64,000 bases of DNA, taken from the NCBI GenBank assembly GCA_040954595.2, contig CM082586.2, forward strand, positions 4,074,349 through 4,138,348, given 5' to 3'. The number at the start of each line of letters is the position of its first letter. The stretch's first letter is position 1. The DNA comes from Balanoglossus misakiensis (lineage: Eukaryota > Animalia > Hemichordata). Of this stretch, positions 10,849 through 25,800 are shown one piece after another. The translations under genes and the position numbers were made by a program. Below the pieces are notes generated by a model, which worked only from the letters and a program-made list of their open reading frames with translations, made no database searches and was not told the DNA's origin.

Positions 10849-12703
10849 ATGGCGGACGTCAAAATAAGAGAGATCACATCCGCGTTTACCAGAAGTGTTT
10901 TGTGCCTTTTCTTGTCAACTGTTTTACAGGTATGTGACTTCATTGTTCTCCTTAAAGGAATATTTAGCGAATTTAGACATCTTGGACTTCCCTATTTCTA
11001 CTTGATTGCCATTATTCGTGTGACAGACGTTTGTTTACATTTCATTTGGCATTGCATAAGTTGGGGGTGTGGTACACAAGAATAGTACTTGATTGCCGGA
11101 TGTTTTTATTCGACGGTTCGACCATTAATATTTTCATGAAACAACTGTCTTTTATTTTTTATAGATTTCCTTGACAAATAATTTGATTGTCGGACATGAA
11201 GAAGTGACTGAAGACTGCAGTGCACATGACATCAACAAGAAGATTCAGCACTTACAAAACCAGGACAGATATCTCTTTATTTATGAAAAATGTAACATTT
11301 ATGTACATCCACTTGTGAGAAAACATGATGGTCAAAAGGTAATAGTTGCAACATATAAATTTTACCATATGTGTATTCTGATAATCTTAGTATTGCAGAA
11401 AAACTACTGTCATACAAATATACTAGCAACAGTATTCTTCTGACTTTGATTGCAGCTTGTAAGAAGTGTGCAGAATGCCAAACTAGCCAGTGCATCAGAG
11501 ACGTGCTCAGATCCGAACAGTCACTGGAATAGCACAGCTGAAGAGTGCATGTGTAACCATGCCTATTTCATGAATGATGATGAAGAATGCAGTCCGTGTG
11601 TGCCTTGTTGTCCAGATGACGTACAAATTGTACATGCCTGTGTGGACCAGGATCTAGAGCAGGATATATGTCAAGAAGTGCCTGCTTGTACACCTGACAG
11701 TGGTAAGTGACAAGTTATGCAGTCTGTGTTATGTACTGTACCATGCAGTTGGGTGGTGCGTATAAGTTATGTTCAATAAGCCAACCGTTGTCGTCAACCA
11801 CAGGCCCCGTTACAGGGACAAAGTCTCTCTCTCGCTGCCCTTTTTCCATTAATTATGTTTGATACAAGACACTGTTTATTTTATTCTACATGTGGATATA
11901 CAGAGAATCAACGTTTGACCACACACAACTTCCATCCCGTTTGTAGGATATGAGAGTAAAAACTCGCCCAAAATGAATAAATGGTAGTGAACAATTATTC
12001 TTGTGTCTACAAGGGGGATGGAAGATTAACTCAAAGATGTTCATGCTTACACCTCAACAGACTCAGTTATTTCATTATTTTTTGTTCCAGGTTCAGACTC
12101 AGGTGTGTCATGGATCACAGTCATTCTAGGAATTGCTGCTGCTCTGCTGGGCTTTGTGATACTCTTAGCAACACTTTTATTTTTGATATTACACAGAGAA
12201 AGGCTACAGATGAGATGGAGGAGGCTAAGAGGCAAGTTTATTTATCCCTTCATACATGTGGGTGCCCAGGGCACATAGAGTCGGCTCAATCTTCAGACGA
12301 GTGTTGAGATTAAATACCAAGGAAACTTTGCTTCAAATTTTGTGATATTTATTGGTTTACTTTTTGTCTTGCTTACAGAGCGTAATGAACCAACAGAAAA
12401 CGATGCTTCACCAACTTCAACAGAACCGACAGAAGATGTATCACCAGATTTGACGAATTTTATGCCAACCTCAAATGTGAGCATACTTTTCTTCATTCTT
12501 TCAAGCTAAAGGGGCATATTCATTGTCAGCAAAGAGTAATGCAAAAAAGCAGCTTTTCAGGCTCTTAGTGATTGGTGCATAACATGTAATCAGGGTATCA
12601 GCATATATCACAAGAAAAAATGTTTTGTGTATGAAAAAATGACACTTTTTATTATGTTCTCTTTTTGTAGAATACGGATGAACCGTCAGACAGCACAGTA
12701 TGA
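10849..12703 (+). CDS. Small type I membrane protein with TNFR-like cysteine-rich ectodomain, 199 aa; exons 10849-10929, 11456-11702, 12091-12231, 12379-12476, 12671-12703
   Basis: AAGATGGCGG start context; hydrophobic leader; Cys-rich CSDP..CMCNHAYF..EECSPCVPCC...C...C...C; TM segment WITVILGIAAALLGFVILLATLLFLIL followed by basic HRERLQMRWRRLR; acidic S/T/P tail ending DSTV*. All phases are consistent if intron 3 uses a GC donor. Confidence 0.8.
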
Positions 12704-14324
12704 TTCAAGCATATCATTGGATGAAGAGAAAAATTGAGTAACAGCAATAACACTGTACAAAGTGATGAAGGGTGGTAGATCATGGTACATATATTGCCTG
12801 TTCAAGTCTTAGACTTGGTGACTAGATTGTAATTGATGTGGCCAGTTTACAAACTAGTTTGTTTCACTTGATGGAATCTTCATGGTGTGTGTGACAGTGA
12901 GTGTGTGTATGTGTATGAGTATTCCTGCGTGTGTGTGCGTGCGTGTGCTTCACATTATGCGTGAGTGTGCATGCATGTTTGCACCCCACCGATCTTACAC
13001 ATGCTAAAAACTCAAAAAAGTGAATTTGACTTTGCAAGTCACATTTAAAGACAATGATAGACTGTTATTAAAAACAATCAAAATGTACGGTCATTTATGA
13101 GTAAACAGATTCTTGGTTTTATTTCCATGTATTTAAAATGAAAGTACAAAAAACTTGAGTCCCAGAATGTACTTACGTGTATATTTACAGGTGTCATGTA
13201 CAGAAAAAGTTAAAAGTTAATTTTTTTTCATTTACTATTTGCTTTGTTTTCAAACTTTCACTTCTGACAGACAAGGGTTTCATGATATCCTGGATTAAAT
13301 GTACTCAGTTGTATATATGGAAGAATGTGACTTTTAGACTTGCTGCTTATACTGGTAATCAGTCAAAGGTGTCAACATTCTTGTAGCAGAAAAATCATGT
13401 ATTGTTACCACTGTCTACAGGGTTCTCCCCAAGCTGGTCATGTTTGACTTTGTTAATATTTTGAATCATGAATTGTTTATATGTTGCCATATAGCAAGAT
13501 GGAATATTATGTGTATTAAAAGGTGGCAGTACTTTTGGATTCTTTGACAACTCCCTGTATGACACATATCATGAAATCAAAATTCTCAAATTCCATAGAC
13601 ACAAGTCCCTTGAGGAAGCAGAAATCTGACAATGACATAAAATGTCAATCTTCGAAAAATAGGTAAATATATTTATTTAATAAAATCTGGGACAAGTAAA
13701 ATGAATACAGAGTGCCTGGTTCTATTTATCTTACAGTACTATGAATGGCTACTTTGCAATTCCTAAAAATTGGTAAATGATGTTAGATGTCTTTGTATTG
13801 GTCATTTTAGACCATGCCAACTATGCTTAGAAGAAAAGAAAGCATTTAAATATCAAGTTTCCTATCCAGCTTACTAAAAACTGAGACAAAACGATTGGTT
13901 ATTGATTCACACATCAGTGTGTGCCTTGTCCATCAAACCTGTGATTTGTAACATTTACAGAATTTAATACATGGATATGAAAATTGTGCATCCATGGAGT
14001 TTTATAGCAAGTTATTTAACATTATCAAGTAATTGTTACCATATCTGTTGTATAGTGTTTGTCATTATGTGTAGTCTTTATCATGAAATGTTCATGTAAT
14101 TATATGCATTTACATGAGGGTTGCATATGGTTAGTAGATGCTGTGTATTGTGCAATATGAATGGCTATATATCAATACTTGTAATTTTATTCAATTGAAT
14201 GGGATTTAATAAATATCAAAAGTTGTTTGATCACCTGCTGACTCTGTATGGATCAAATCATGTATGAGTGTGTCAGAATGTCGTTCTCCTTTTAATTAAA
14301 GTGACTGAGCTTCCATATTGACAA

Positions 14325-14715
14325 ACGCTGTTACTACAACAACAAAATCTCCCGACCACACCCATTACTGATACAAGAGCAGAGAACATGACTCTTGACA
14401 ACTGCTCAACTTCCCGAAAATATTGGGTTTGCAAAAAAATGCTAAATTGCATTGTTTTAATCCCATACGCTCCCCAAGAAGTAACTACATACTGCCATGG
14501 CCTGAAGGTCACGCAGGGGTCAGCTGAAATAACGCCACCACGCGGCAACAGTGCGACAGGACAGGGTAACGATTATACATGTAAATGAGCTGAAGCTAGC
14601 AACAGGAAAACAATATGGCGGCCACGAGTAGACATTCCACAACAAAACTGTCTAATCGTCGATAAAAGTGATCGTTGACTGAAAAACTTGTTGTGAGTGC
14701 TTCCGAAGACTTATG
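14325..14715 (+). promoter_or_regulatory. Probable promoter and non-coding first exon of the dynein gene
   Basis: CpG-richer patch after the upstream gene's 3' UTR, with RFX-like half sites (GGCAAC, GGTAAC, TAGCAAC), YY1-like AATATGGCGGCC and donor ATG|GTAAGT at 14715/14716; acceptor at 15252 just before the ATG at 15260. Confidence 0.5.
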
Positions 14716-15259
14716 GTAAGTACGGTTCTAATATATGTTCAAGAGATTTTGCGATGCAGTGGTCTGTTTTGATATTTTCGAGCTGAGGCCGTTACCTGGG
14801 CTGAGCTGCTATGTTGCGGACGACAGACTCAAGACAGTACACCGAACGACCTGAAGAGTGATGATGAAAGACTTGAAAGTTATAAACAGTGCGTTCGTGG
14901 CACTAAGTTGGAGTAATAAATTGACTCATTAATCTGGGTGCTCATCATATGGTAGCATACAGAAATATAATCAAATATTTCTGCAAGTAGTACTTAGTAC
15001 ACGTACCAGACTATAGAGATCAGAATCTGCTGCACCTGATCGCATCTCAGTCTGGAGGTCACGCTAACTTTGAGGACATTTTAGTTACACATCGGAAAAT
15101 GAGGCGAAATTTTCTTGTTTTTCGTATGTCTGTATAAAAATGTCTCGTCGTGTCAGTCAGGCAGTGCCACTGCAATATTCTAAAATAACCGTCTTAAGTC
15201 TTGCATTATTAATATTGGTCATTAATATCAATGATCGTGTATGTTTCTCTAGCTTGAAG

Positions 15260-16826
15260 ATGGAAGTCGATGAACGACTCCGTTGGTTAGAATCTCGAAT
15301 TACCTCAAGTCTACGGCCGCGAAATGATGATTTGAAGGCACTTTTTGCCAATGACGACAATAGGTACGTATACGGTGCGGTATAGTCAATCAATGTTCCT
15401 TGCAAATGAAAATTGTAAGTTATGATTTATGTTAAAGAAATGGAATATAATTGTGCTTATCCAGATGTGGAGTAACTATTTTAACCACTGATACACCAAC
15501 ATCATTTCTGATGTTCGTCTTTTTCTAAAGACACTGATTCGTCGAAATAGTTTTTGTTAATTTACATAATAATGTCACTTTGTCACAATCAACAAATCAA
15601 ATTAGTCAAAAAGTTTGACAAAAATTACTGTTTATTATTTCCAAGTTCCAGTGTTAATGTTCGGTTGAATACTTAAAAGACTATAATGGTTCATCTTTTC
15701 TTTTATCAGACACGCCTTCTTGGAATTCTGCAACAACGAAGATGTCAGGCGTTTGTTTGTATTTACAAAACCACCCAAACATACACTTTGTGCATCGCTC
15801 TACCCTCCGCACGAAGTCCGGAGTAAAGCTGTGTTCTTCCTCAAAACAAATCAAGCGTCCAAGTTGACGAAGGACAATATCAGAGAAGATGTAGTATATT
15901 CCGACTGTGATACAGTGACGTTACAGCAGTTGGATCTACTTGCCAAAGAGGTAAGTTTCGAGGGTTACATCCTTTAAAACTTTATTAAAACTCTATCTAG
16001 GTACAATATAGACATAAGGTTGAACACAAAAATAATGGGTGTTCTGGTAACCTAACCTGTGCTATTTCAAATTGGCCAACCCTAAGCTTTGTGAAAGGTG
16101 AAAATGGTGAAATTTGGGGTGAAAGGGTTAAACAAGGAATCACCACCCATATACCTCAAATAGATAAACTTGTTTACTACTTTTCTGTCTAGTTTTCAGA
16201 AAACATTTAATCCAGTTGTATGGAGTTGTATGCGACAGGTCTTTATTCACACTTATCAACTATTTCATTTTTTTCCAGATATATTTACCACTACTATGCA
16301 CAGATGGAGCACAGACATACGGCGGTGTGAGTTCTGATAAACTGATGGATGTACTTCACAGGTTGATGGGTACATTGGAAGTCACAGAGGGTCATGTAGA
16401 GGTGAGTTTATGGAATTCTAATTTTAAAAAATCAGGAGAATGTTTCACTTGCTGCAGATTTTAGACTTGGATTGCCTGAAAATGTTTCTGCTGGTAAGGG
16501 ATTTGAAAAATGGCTGCGTTCATAACTTTTAGAAAGTCTAAATATTGCTAAAATTTCTGACGATTTCTCCCTATTATTTTTTTTTTATCCATAGGGCAAA
16601 ATAACCCTTCCATTGCCATCCATTGAAGTCCTGGCTGAAGCAGCTGCTTTACCAACAAGAAGAGCTGCTGTAATCCACGTTTTAGAATCCTCTGTTATCG
16701 GATGGATTAAACAGATTAAGGTATGTGTGGATAAAAGAGATTAATATCAGTTTGTTATTGTCAGGTTTTCAGTGAACTCATAAGAATAATTATGAAAACA
16801 GATAGGGAGAGAGATATGGATGGATG

Positions 16827-16866
<40 letters not shown>

Positions 16867-19800
16867 AAGTAGGAAGGGAGAGAGAGATGGAGGGTGGGAG
16901 GGGTGGGAGAGAGAGAGAGAGGGTGAAGAGAGAAAGAAAGGGAGAGGGGGAGGGAGGGGTGGGGGAGGGAGGGAGGGGTGGGGGAGAGAGGGAGGGGTGG
17001 GGGAGAGACAGAAAGGGTAATACTCCAATCTTAGTTTTGCCAACACTTTCTAATGTCTACTCTTGCCATCCTTCTTCAGCTTGTATTGAAACATGACCCA
17101 ATGCACGAGTTACAACGACGATTCGGCAACCGACCCGGTCCCATGGATGAAGTGCAGATGTGGCAGGATAGACGGGATCAGTTACATTCCATCAATCAGC
17201 AATTAGACTCGCCCATTGCCAGCGACATCCTGATGAATTTAGATGAAGCCAACAGCACCTACTCACATTCTTTTCACAATGTCAGGAAGGACATTACAAA
17301 GGTAGGAGTGGCAATTTATGCAGATTCAGATATTAGTACTGATTCCAATTCTTTAATAAAATTGTTGAAAAATAAATTAAGCACTACATGTTTCTCAATT
17401 TAAATTGCAGTTCACCTGATACACGTATAGAAAACTAGCACACTTGTATATCGTCTATCTAGTGAATTTATCCTGAACAAAAAATATTCCTAAAGTAAAA
17501 ACAGTGGTCAAAATAAAGGACACACTTTGCAAACAAGCAAATGAGACTCACAGAATTCACCATCTACTGAACTACTTTTTGACATTCAAGAATTTGCCAT
17601 GATTTTAATAAACATTTTTTTATCATTTTACCAGGCATTAGTGGAAACCAATGAAAACTTGAAGTTCCTCAGCACTCTATTGCCCTGGTTTGAACAGCTT
17701 CACGATGCAACAAAACCTTCAGAGATGTTACGCCTGTTTTCGCCCGTCATCCATACAATGACATTAGTGTGGTCACATTCTAGGTAAGCCCTCATTTGTG
17801 TTGTCGTTGTGTTTAACACTACCCATCGATTCAAGTTTTAGTTCAGTTTGCAAAAGGATTTCTGATTGAAATTTTATCATTGACAAATCTTGGTACTATT
17901 ATATCACTAAATTCTTTTGTAGATACTACCATGATGAAAAGAAATTCAATAACTTATTACGATTAGTATCAAATGAAGTTGTAGCCAGAGCAGAATCCAT
18001 GGTCGGTCCCGATGTAGTCCAGAACCCACTGCAGGTAAGAATCTGAATCTCACTCAAATAAAAGTATAAATGTTTACATCAAATTAATAACTGCAGCTCT
18101 TCTGTATATAAATATGTACATGAGCTTATATATGCCAATTATCAAAGATAATCGCAATGCTATTTTTTATCAACGCCAGTCATACACCAGACTGAAGGAT
18201 GCGCTGAGGATCTGTGCAGCATTTCGAGGTACATACTTAGACTTCAAAGACAAGGCTGATGCCATCAACGCTCAGAGGAATTCAGAAACAGAAGAAGCTA
18301 TGTGAGTTTTGTAATATTTTGTGCCTTTCCATAATATCTAATCCCGATCTCGTAAAACACTTTTTCACATCCACCCCCCCACCCCCCAGAAATATAAAAA
18401 TGCGATAGCACTTCTGGTTATTTTACCTTTGTAGGACACTAAATCCACCCAAAGGTGTGCTATACAGTACCAAACTGTACGGCATTTCTGCTAAACGCAA
18501 GACCGATATCCTGGCTGGATCTGCAAAAGACCCGACACAGCTGGACATGACTTCGATATTGAAAGACGATGAGTGGACGGACTCGCCATGGCCACCGAGA
18601 AATGCACCGTGCTTTGATGTCATGAATAGTTTCATGGAAAGGTGTGTGTGTAAATCCTATTTCTGTAAATCATGGACAGAAAGTTCCAAATAATTCCAAA
18701 ACGATCACATTTTGAATCATTGCATGACTAACATGTATAATCTGCTAATTTTGCATCAAGTGTTTCATTCAGTGTGGTATCAGCATATGGGATATGTCTC
18801 CCTTTCTTTGCCAGAATATACTGAATTATACTGATTATTCTGGTGTTTCTCGTTGTAGATGCAATGATGTTCTGGAGTTGGTACAGACGGTGCGTCACTT
18901 TCATCTCTTGGAGACGACGGCCGAAGTGGGCGGAGCCGGAACGCAGAGCCTGGATTCACTTGTCAGGGAAATCCATGAAGAGTTCGTCTCAGCCATGAAC
19001 GAGTTCTCCGACAAAGTGGGAGAAGATGTCTTGGATATCTCGGACGGACACGCATTTGAAAAAGCATTCTTTGCTTTTAGATCCGTTGTGAAGGTCAGTC
19101 AGATGTTTATTACTGAGTAGCAGTATTCAACAATAAGGAATTTATATTCAAACTCTAAAAATATGATTTCAGTTCATTTTGTTTGGGATTTTCATATGTG
19201 TTGCTGATAATCATTGTTTTCTTGTCGTATTTCAACAGGATCTAGAGAAAAGACTCGCCATCGTACTGCGTCAGAGTTTCTTACAGTGTCCTACGATTGG
19301 TGCCCAGCTGAGACTTCTAGAAGTCTTTGAAGGCATCAGCGGTCGGGAGATGGTACAAGAAAATCTGAAGGATAAAGACAGACATCTCGTCAACTCACTG
19401 ACAGGGGAGTTGATTTCTGTCAAGTCCATGTTCCACGCTACCATGAGGAAACCCCCACTTCATTCGAACATGCCGCCGGCTGTCAGCAATTTGATCTGGA
19501 TCAGAGCCTTGAAGTCTAGAGTTCAGGTACGTAGTCCGCCAGTCTGTGTCTAGTATGGGGGTCACACACACACGCACATTTGCAGTGAACCCCACCATAC
19601 TCAACCATAGCTTCCCAAACTTTTATTCTGCAGCATACATATGTCTTCCAGTTTTGCCAATCTTAAATGAATTTTTTAGCAAACTGAGGATATTGAAGGG
19701 TATACTGAAGGGTTTTAAAGGCTTGTGCATTCTCATATTTCTCTAAACCCGAGCCTTACATAGTGTTTTCCACTGTGTGTACATTTTACAAGCACCATAG

Positions 19801-22800
19801 CAGCACATCCAAGTAACTTTATTACAGTGGGATCATTTTGAGTTTAAGTTTCACAACATTTTGATTATTACATTTTACTAGGACCCAATGGAGAAACTGA
19901 GACGGATTAGTCCACAGTCATTGGAGGGTGATACAGGATGGCATGTGAGGGACATATTTGCCGATTGCATGGATGACTTTGACAAGTACGAGCAGAAGAT
20001 CATTCGTGAATGGCAAAACAACATTGTGACTGAACTCAGAGATCGGCTCAAACAACCACTACTGGTAAGTTGTCTTATTAACACAGTGGCAGTGATTTTA
20101 ATTTTCATTCATTCATTCATTCATTCATTCATTCATTCATTCATTCATTCATTCATTCATTCATTCATTCATTCATTCATTCATTCACTCATTCATTCAG
20201 AGCGGTGTTTATTTCTGATAGTAGAGTCATAGTATTTTATTGCAAATTCTAACTTGCACTGTTTATTTCTACTCGCAGGTTGCTGATGACTACGACGAAG
20301 AACAAGACATCCGTCCGCAGAGCGTCAATGTCAACCTTGACCCTGAACTTTATTTACTGCTCCGCGAAGTCCACTACCTGGCCCAGGCGCCGTACAATGT
20401 GAAGATTCCGGATGATGTGCGAGCGTTGCTTAGGAACACGGATGCGGCCACGCTGAGGACCACAGCTGCCAGACTGGAAACCATCGTGGCCAAGTACAAC
20501 ACGGTCATGAGAACTATCACTGACTTTGAAAGACCTCTGTTTGAAAGGAAGCTCGGCAAGATCGATCATGTAAGTTAGGGTAGGGGTCCGTGCTCGCATT
20601 GAAACCCCTGGAATTGGGAACCCGCTACTGGAAAAAAACTTGGAAAAAACAAACTCAGATTTGGAGAAAACAAACTCAGATTTCCTCTCAGAAAGCCCTG
20701 GAAAATTTGCTTAGCCACTTATGATATAAAATATAGACTACATATACTGTAATCAGTCAGTGGTGATGATTGTAGAGAAAGTTGACGCAGCTACTGTAGC
20801 ACAATCTCACTGTAAGACTCGGTAAACTTCATTTTGATCCTATAAGTTCAGGAAAAGTTCCAGAAATTGAGAGTGACTTCATGTATATGAACCGTAGGAA
20901 AAAAATCCTTCACATGTACAACATTGCCTCACATACTCTTCATTGTTACTTTTGCGTTACAGCTGTTCGAACAAGGTTTGAGTCACTACACGTGGAAGAT
21001 GACAGAAAGTGCGGACTTCATCGAACTGGCCCATTCATTGGTCTGCTCCGATTTGCATCACAATCTGTCCATTGTACAGAGTAATTGCCACGAGATGATT
21101 GACATTTCTGAGTCCTGGTCCAAGATGGCGCTTGATGTGTTCGAAGTACGAGATCACGATCAGAGTTACTCCATGGATTTTCTCATTGACTGGCAAAAGT
21201 GAGTAGAATTTTCCATGTAGTTAAAAAAAATGTTTGTACTGTATTTCCCCAAACTGTGCTTGACAACAGCAATATTTTTCATAGTCAAACAGTCAATTCA
21301 AACTTAGTAATAATTGTTACATGTAATATTTTCTGTGTGCAGAGAATTGGATGAAGATCATCAGAGTTATGTCATTCCATCAGGAAACAAAATACATCAA
21401 TTGTTGCAATCTTCATTTGAGGTGAGTATTGATGGCAGTGATGGCATATACCAGTGGTACATATCAATGTATGAAACTAGAAATAACGGTTCCATTTTGT
21501 ATTTGAATTTTTAGGCGGTTGAAATCAGTAGAGCCTCCCCTGCTTGGGAGGAATATGTTGCCCACATGGACGCTTTGGTGCTGAATGGACTGAAACAGAC
21601 GACAGTGAAAAGTCTAAGGTCAATGTTGAACACGATTGTACACTCCAACATGGCTGAGGTAAATTTGTTGTTGTTGTTGTTGTTAATATTGTTGTTGTTG
21701 TTGATGACAAATAAATTTCAGCCTGTGTTTGTTTTTAAGTTTCATCAACGACACTATACATGTACAAGGATAGAGGTTTTCTTGATAAGCCTTTGTTCCA
21801 GCATGTTATACATTTCCCGTTACACAATATATACTAGTATTTAGAAAGGTTGTATACCGAGATTAATACGTGCCGTTTCTTGTATGATTTGTAGAAACAA
21901 GGCACCATCACACCGGTGCTGACCATTCGCATGGAGCTGATCGAGAACTTTGTCAGTTTCACGCCGCCACTGGACCAGAGTACAGCCGTGGTCAGTGTCC
22001 AGGAGCGGGTCACTCAGTGGTTGTCCGGATTCCGAGCCCGAGGGTCACTGGTCAGAATGCTGGGAAGTGACGAGAAGGTAAAGTCAAGGGCCAGTCGAAA
22101 TTTGACACCTGGGTCGTGTTTGAAGCCACCCTCATCCTGACTTTGACAACAAAATGATATCATGCAGATTAAAAATTTCTGGAGACTATGTTTTTTTCGA
22201 TAATAAAAGGTGCATGTTCAGCTTTGCAAAAACTAGTTCCTTATTTAACATTTTCATCACCATAGTCACGATTTTCTGTGGTTAAACTTGGAACTCTAGA
22301 GGGTGGTGAAAGGGTTAATACAATCTGGTTGTGGAAATTTTCCTAAATACTATTGTCACTAGTGATCTCGCAAGAATATTTACCACCTGTGATATTAATT
22401 TATGTGTGTTTCTTGTCATTAGCATGGATATGAAGAGTACATCACAATGGATGAAGATGTCCATCAGTTTACGCAGCAGATTCTGATGATGGTCAGAGAA
22501 AATGGCGAGGAGTGCAAGGTAATGCATTAAAATCCTGTACTGAAATTTTACGATAGTCTTTCTTTATTTCCAAAAACAAATCACCAATATTAAAAGTTCT
22601 TGTAAATGTTTTCAACCTGAAACTAGTACAAAAGCAGCAACAGTCATATTTCAACAATTTTTCTCAAATTTTCCACAAGCAAACGATGCACCACTTTATA
22701 CTTTGCTGCAACTCATCTGAATTTTTGGTCTAATTTTCAGGAATTGTTGAAACTGTTTACGAACTACACCTTCCTGTGGCTGCAAGATATCAACGCCACA

Positions 22801-25800
22801 TTTGAGGAATTCTTGCAAGGGCGTCTGACGCCAAATCCTCGCAGAAATCCGTCCAAACTGGACGCAGCTGCAGGGATGAGGGAAATTGCCTCGGCCAGGT
22901 CAAACAGATCAGTCAACAGTGACAGGTGAGTCAATAAAGTGAATTATCACGCTTAAAATGAATGCTGTATAATTTCTGTACTTATCTTCTCTTCGTCATG
23001 AAGCAATCAGACCCACAAACTGAGCTGTAGTAATTAACTGTTTACAGTTAGAAACCATGTTGGCCGATTATTTACAGATGAGTGTTCCAGACAGAAACTG
23101 AAAATAACTACTCTTTTCACTTTTCACCCCAATGAATTCATAAAATAAATCTTATGGTTGCACTGCAAGGGATGATGGGATACTTGTCCATATCATACAT
23201 GTATTTCATGATCTTGTCATGTAATGTATTTTATACGTTGTGTTTGTACATCTCATGTCTGTTCTCTTCTAACTCACTGTCAATCTGAAGGTTGCAGACA
23301 CAGATTAATCACATTAACGTGTTTGGGTAAGTCAACTTGTCAGCCCCCCCCCCCTCCCCATCCAACCCCCACACCACCACCGCCATTCTTTCATGCACAA
23401 TTACTGTTTACTCCTATACTGTATGAGAGTCACTCATCTTCAGTCATTCCTTCATATTCTTTATTTTTCAAAAACATTATTTTTATAAGCTTTTTTCAGT
23501 CGTAAATAATTTAAAAATTAATTTTCTGGTCACGTTTTTAACACATTTTTAAAGATGTAAATCATGCAGGTGTTAGTAATGTCATGCACAGGTATTTTAT
23601 GGTAGTAGTTGTGGTCACAATAATTTTTGAAGTTTTCATTTTTAAATTTGATGCAGAGTTTGGTATAGTATTAAGTTCGTTTCATCACCATATGGATATT
23701 ACCATTAAATTTGGGATTTATATTAATGTGAATCATTATAGAAATGTATGTAAAATAACACCAAACACCACAATGTAATGCATGCATCTGTATTTCAACT
23801 AGTCACTAATACACCAACTATTGTATCGACCATATTACAAAATGTTAAGATTTAATAAAAAGTCATTGCAATGCAAGCTACACATGCAGCAATATGCAGT
23901 GAGGGTGGCAATTCACAATGGGAGTTTGGTGACATTTGTCATTGAAATGGTTAATATAATTTCATGATGTCGGTACATGTAGTTGACAGCATTTCCATTA
24001 TCACCATTGTGGAATATTCCATGCTTTATTTCCATTGCAGAGCGAGTACAGCATCCAACAGCATCGGAGCATCCGGGTTGATGGGCACGGCCGAGAGATC
24101 TTTCCTGACTCCCAAGCGATCCCGAGATTCCAACATCAACGTGCCCACACTGGACATGTTTGATTCGGAAATCGACATCTACAAGGTTGGTGTGCCTGCT
24201 GTGTACAGTTAGGTGTTTTTGGTGGGGGAGGGGCAGGCTTACGTGAATAATTCCACTAAATTTCTTAATTGTCATTTGTTCTATACAGAGTGCAAGGGAT
24301 GAGATTGCTGATCTCCAGAACTGCCAAGATGTGGGTTGGCTGCGTGTGGATTTGATGCCGATCAAACAAGTCTTGACAACCTATGCCAGCAGATGGATGT
24401 GGACTTTCACCAAATATTTGTCAGATCAGGTCAGTATCTACCAATGTCATTACAGAATCAAGACTGACTTGGCAACTAGCCGTGGTGATATTAAAATATT
24501 TGTCATAGTTTCAGTATATAAATATCAAAATTGTACCACTTTTGATTTTTTTAATCACTAGGTGACTGATTTATTGACCGACTTGGATAGTTTCCTGAAA
24601 CACATTGAACCAGAGATTGAAAGCATCACTGGTGAGGAGAGAGACACAGCGTCCTTTATGAAAATGATGAGATTATTCAATGAGGTAAGTCTGCATTTCA
24701 TGTGTTCAGGGAGAACTTCAAACAGGATTGATGACCTGCTAGAAATTAATATATTGGATAAAATGTAAAGATAATCGTCGATGTGATTTCATTTTGACAG
24801 GTGTCTGCAAAACAACAGGAAATGGACGGCAAATTTACAGCCATGAACAGAACAGTGTTGTTGATCAAGAAATACAAACAAGAACTTCCCGAGAGCACAC
24901 AACATCTGTTTGACGCAGCGCCTGGTCGTTGGAATAATCTGAAAACCAAAGTGTCTCTGGCCAAACAGAGACTGGGTCCAAGAATTCAAGAGGAGGCTGA
25001 TAGAATCACTAGGGTAGGTTGTGTTCTATTTCAGCTGATGTGTTTTGTGCATGGGTAATCACCGGACAATGGTCACACAAGTATAGAGTCTCAGCAATAC
25101 ATACAAAATTAGAATTATCTATTAATTTTATGAATTTTTATTTTTTGATAGGACCTAGCGGCTTTCGGTGAGAGAGTCGATGCCTTCAATCAAGAATTGT
25201 CTGCATCCGAGATCTACACCCGAGAATGCAGCATCGAACAGGCCTATGAGTTGATTGGCGATTTCACCAAGAGATTAGATGAACTTGACAGTGAAGCTCA
25301 GGTACGTCTTTCAATCAATTTCAAAATCCAAGGAAATGACAATACAGCTGTAATTTATTTCAGTGCTTATACATCCTTGATAGTATCACATGCAAATCGT
25401 ACATACCATAATATCAATGAATGGGTGGATTTTTTCTAAAATAATTGGATATCCCACATGTTTATGTGTGTTTTCACATCACAGTAAAGGGCTATAAAAA
25501 TAAAGTGTGTTTTTTTCATTGAATTATTCATTGTGGATGTTGTAACAGCCAAGGTGTCAGTTCTAAATAACCCTTTCACCGCTATGGTTCAGTCCAAACC
25601 CATTGTATTCTGTGGTAAGGTTGGACCTCTACAGAAGGATCTGGGGGTGTATCTTAACAGTACACTTATCTCACATGAGAAAGACACGTATACACACATA
25701 ATTCTCAAGTCTTTCGTTCTCCTAATACATTTCTCTTTGAAACTCAGTGAGAACTGACACCTTAGCTAATATTTTGTATCTTTCCCCCTCCAACCACTCT

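Noticed and set aside
11165-11443. Extra exon of the TNFR-like gene (good acceptor at 11164, open frame ISLTNNLIVGHEE...)
   Set aside because: No convincing donor (CAG|ATATCT where GT would be needed); possibly a dead exon or alternative terminal exon, but unsupported.
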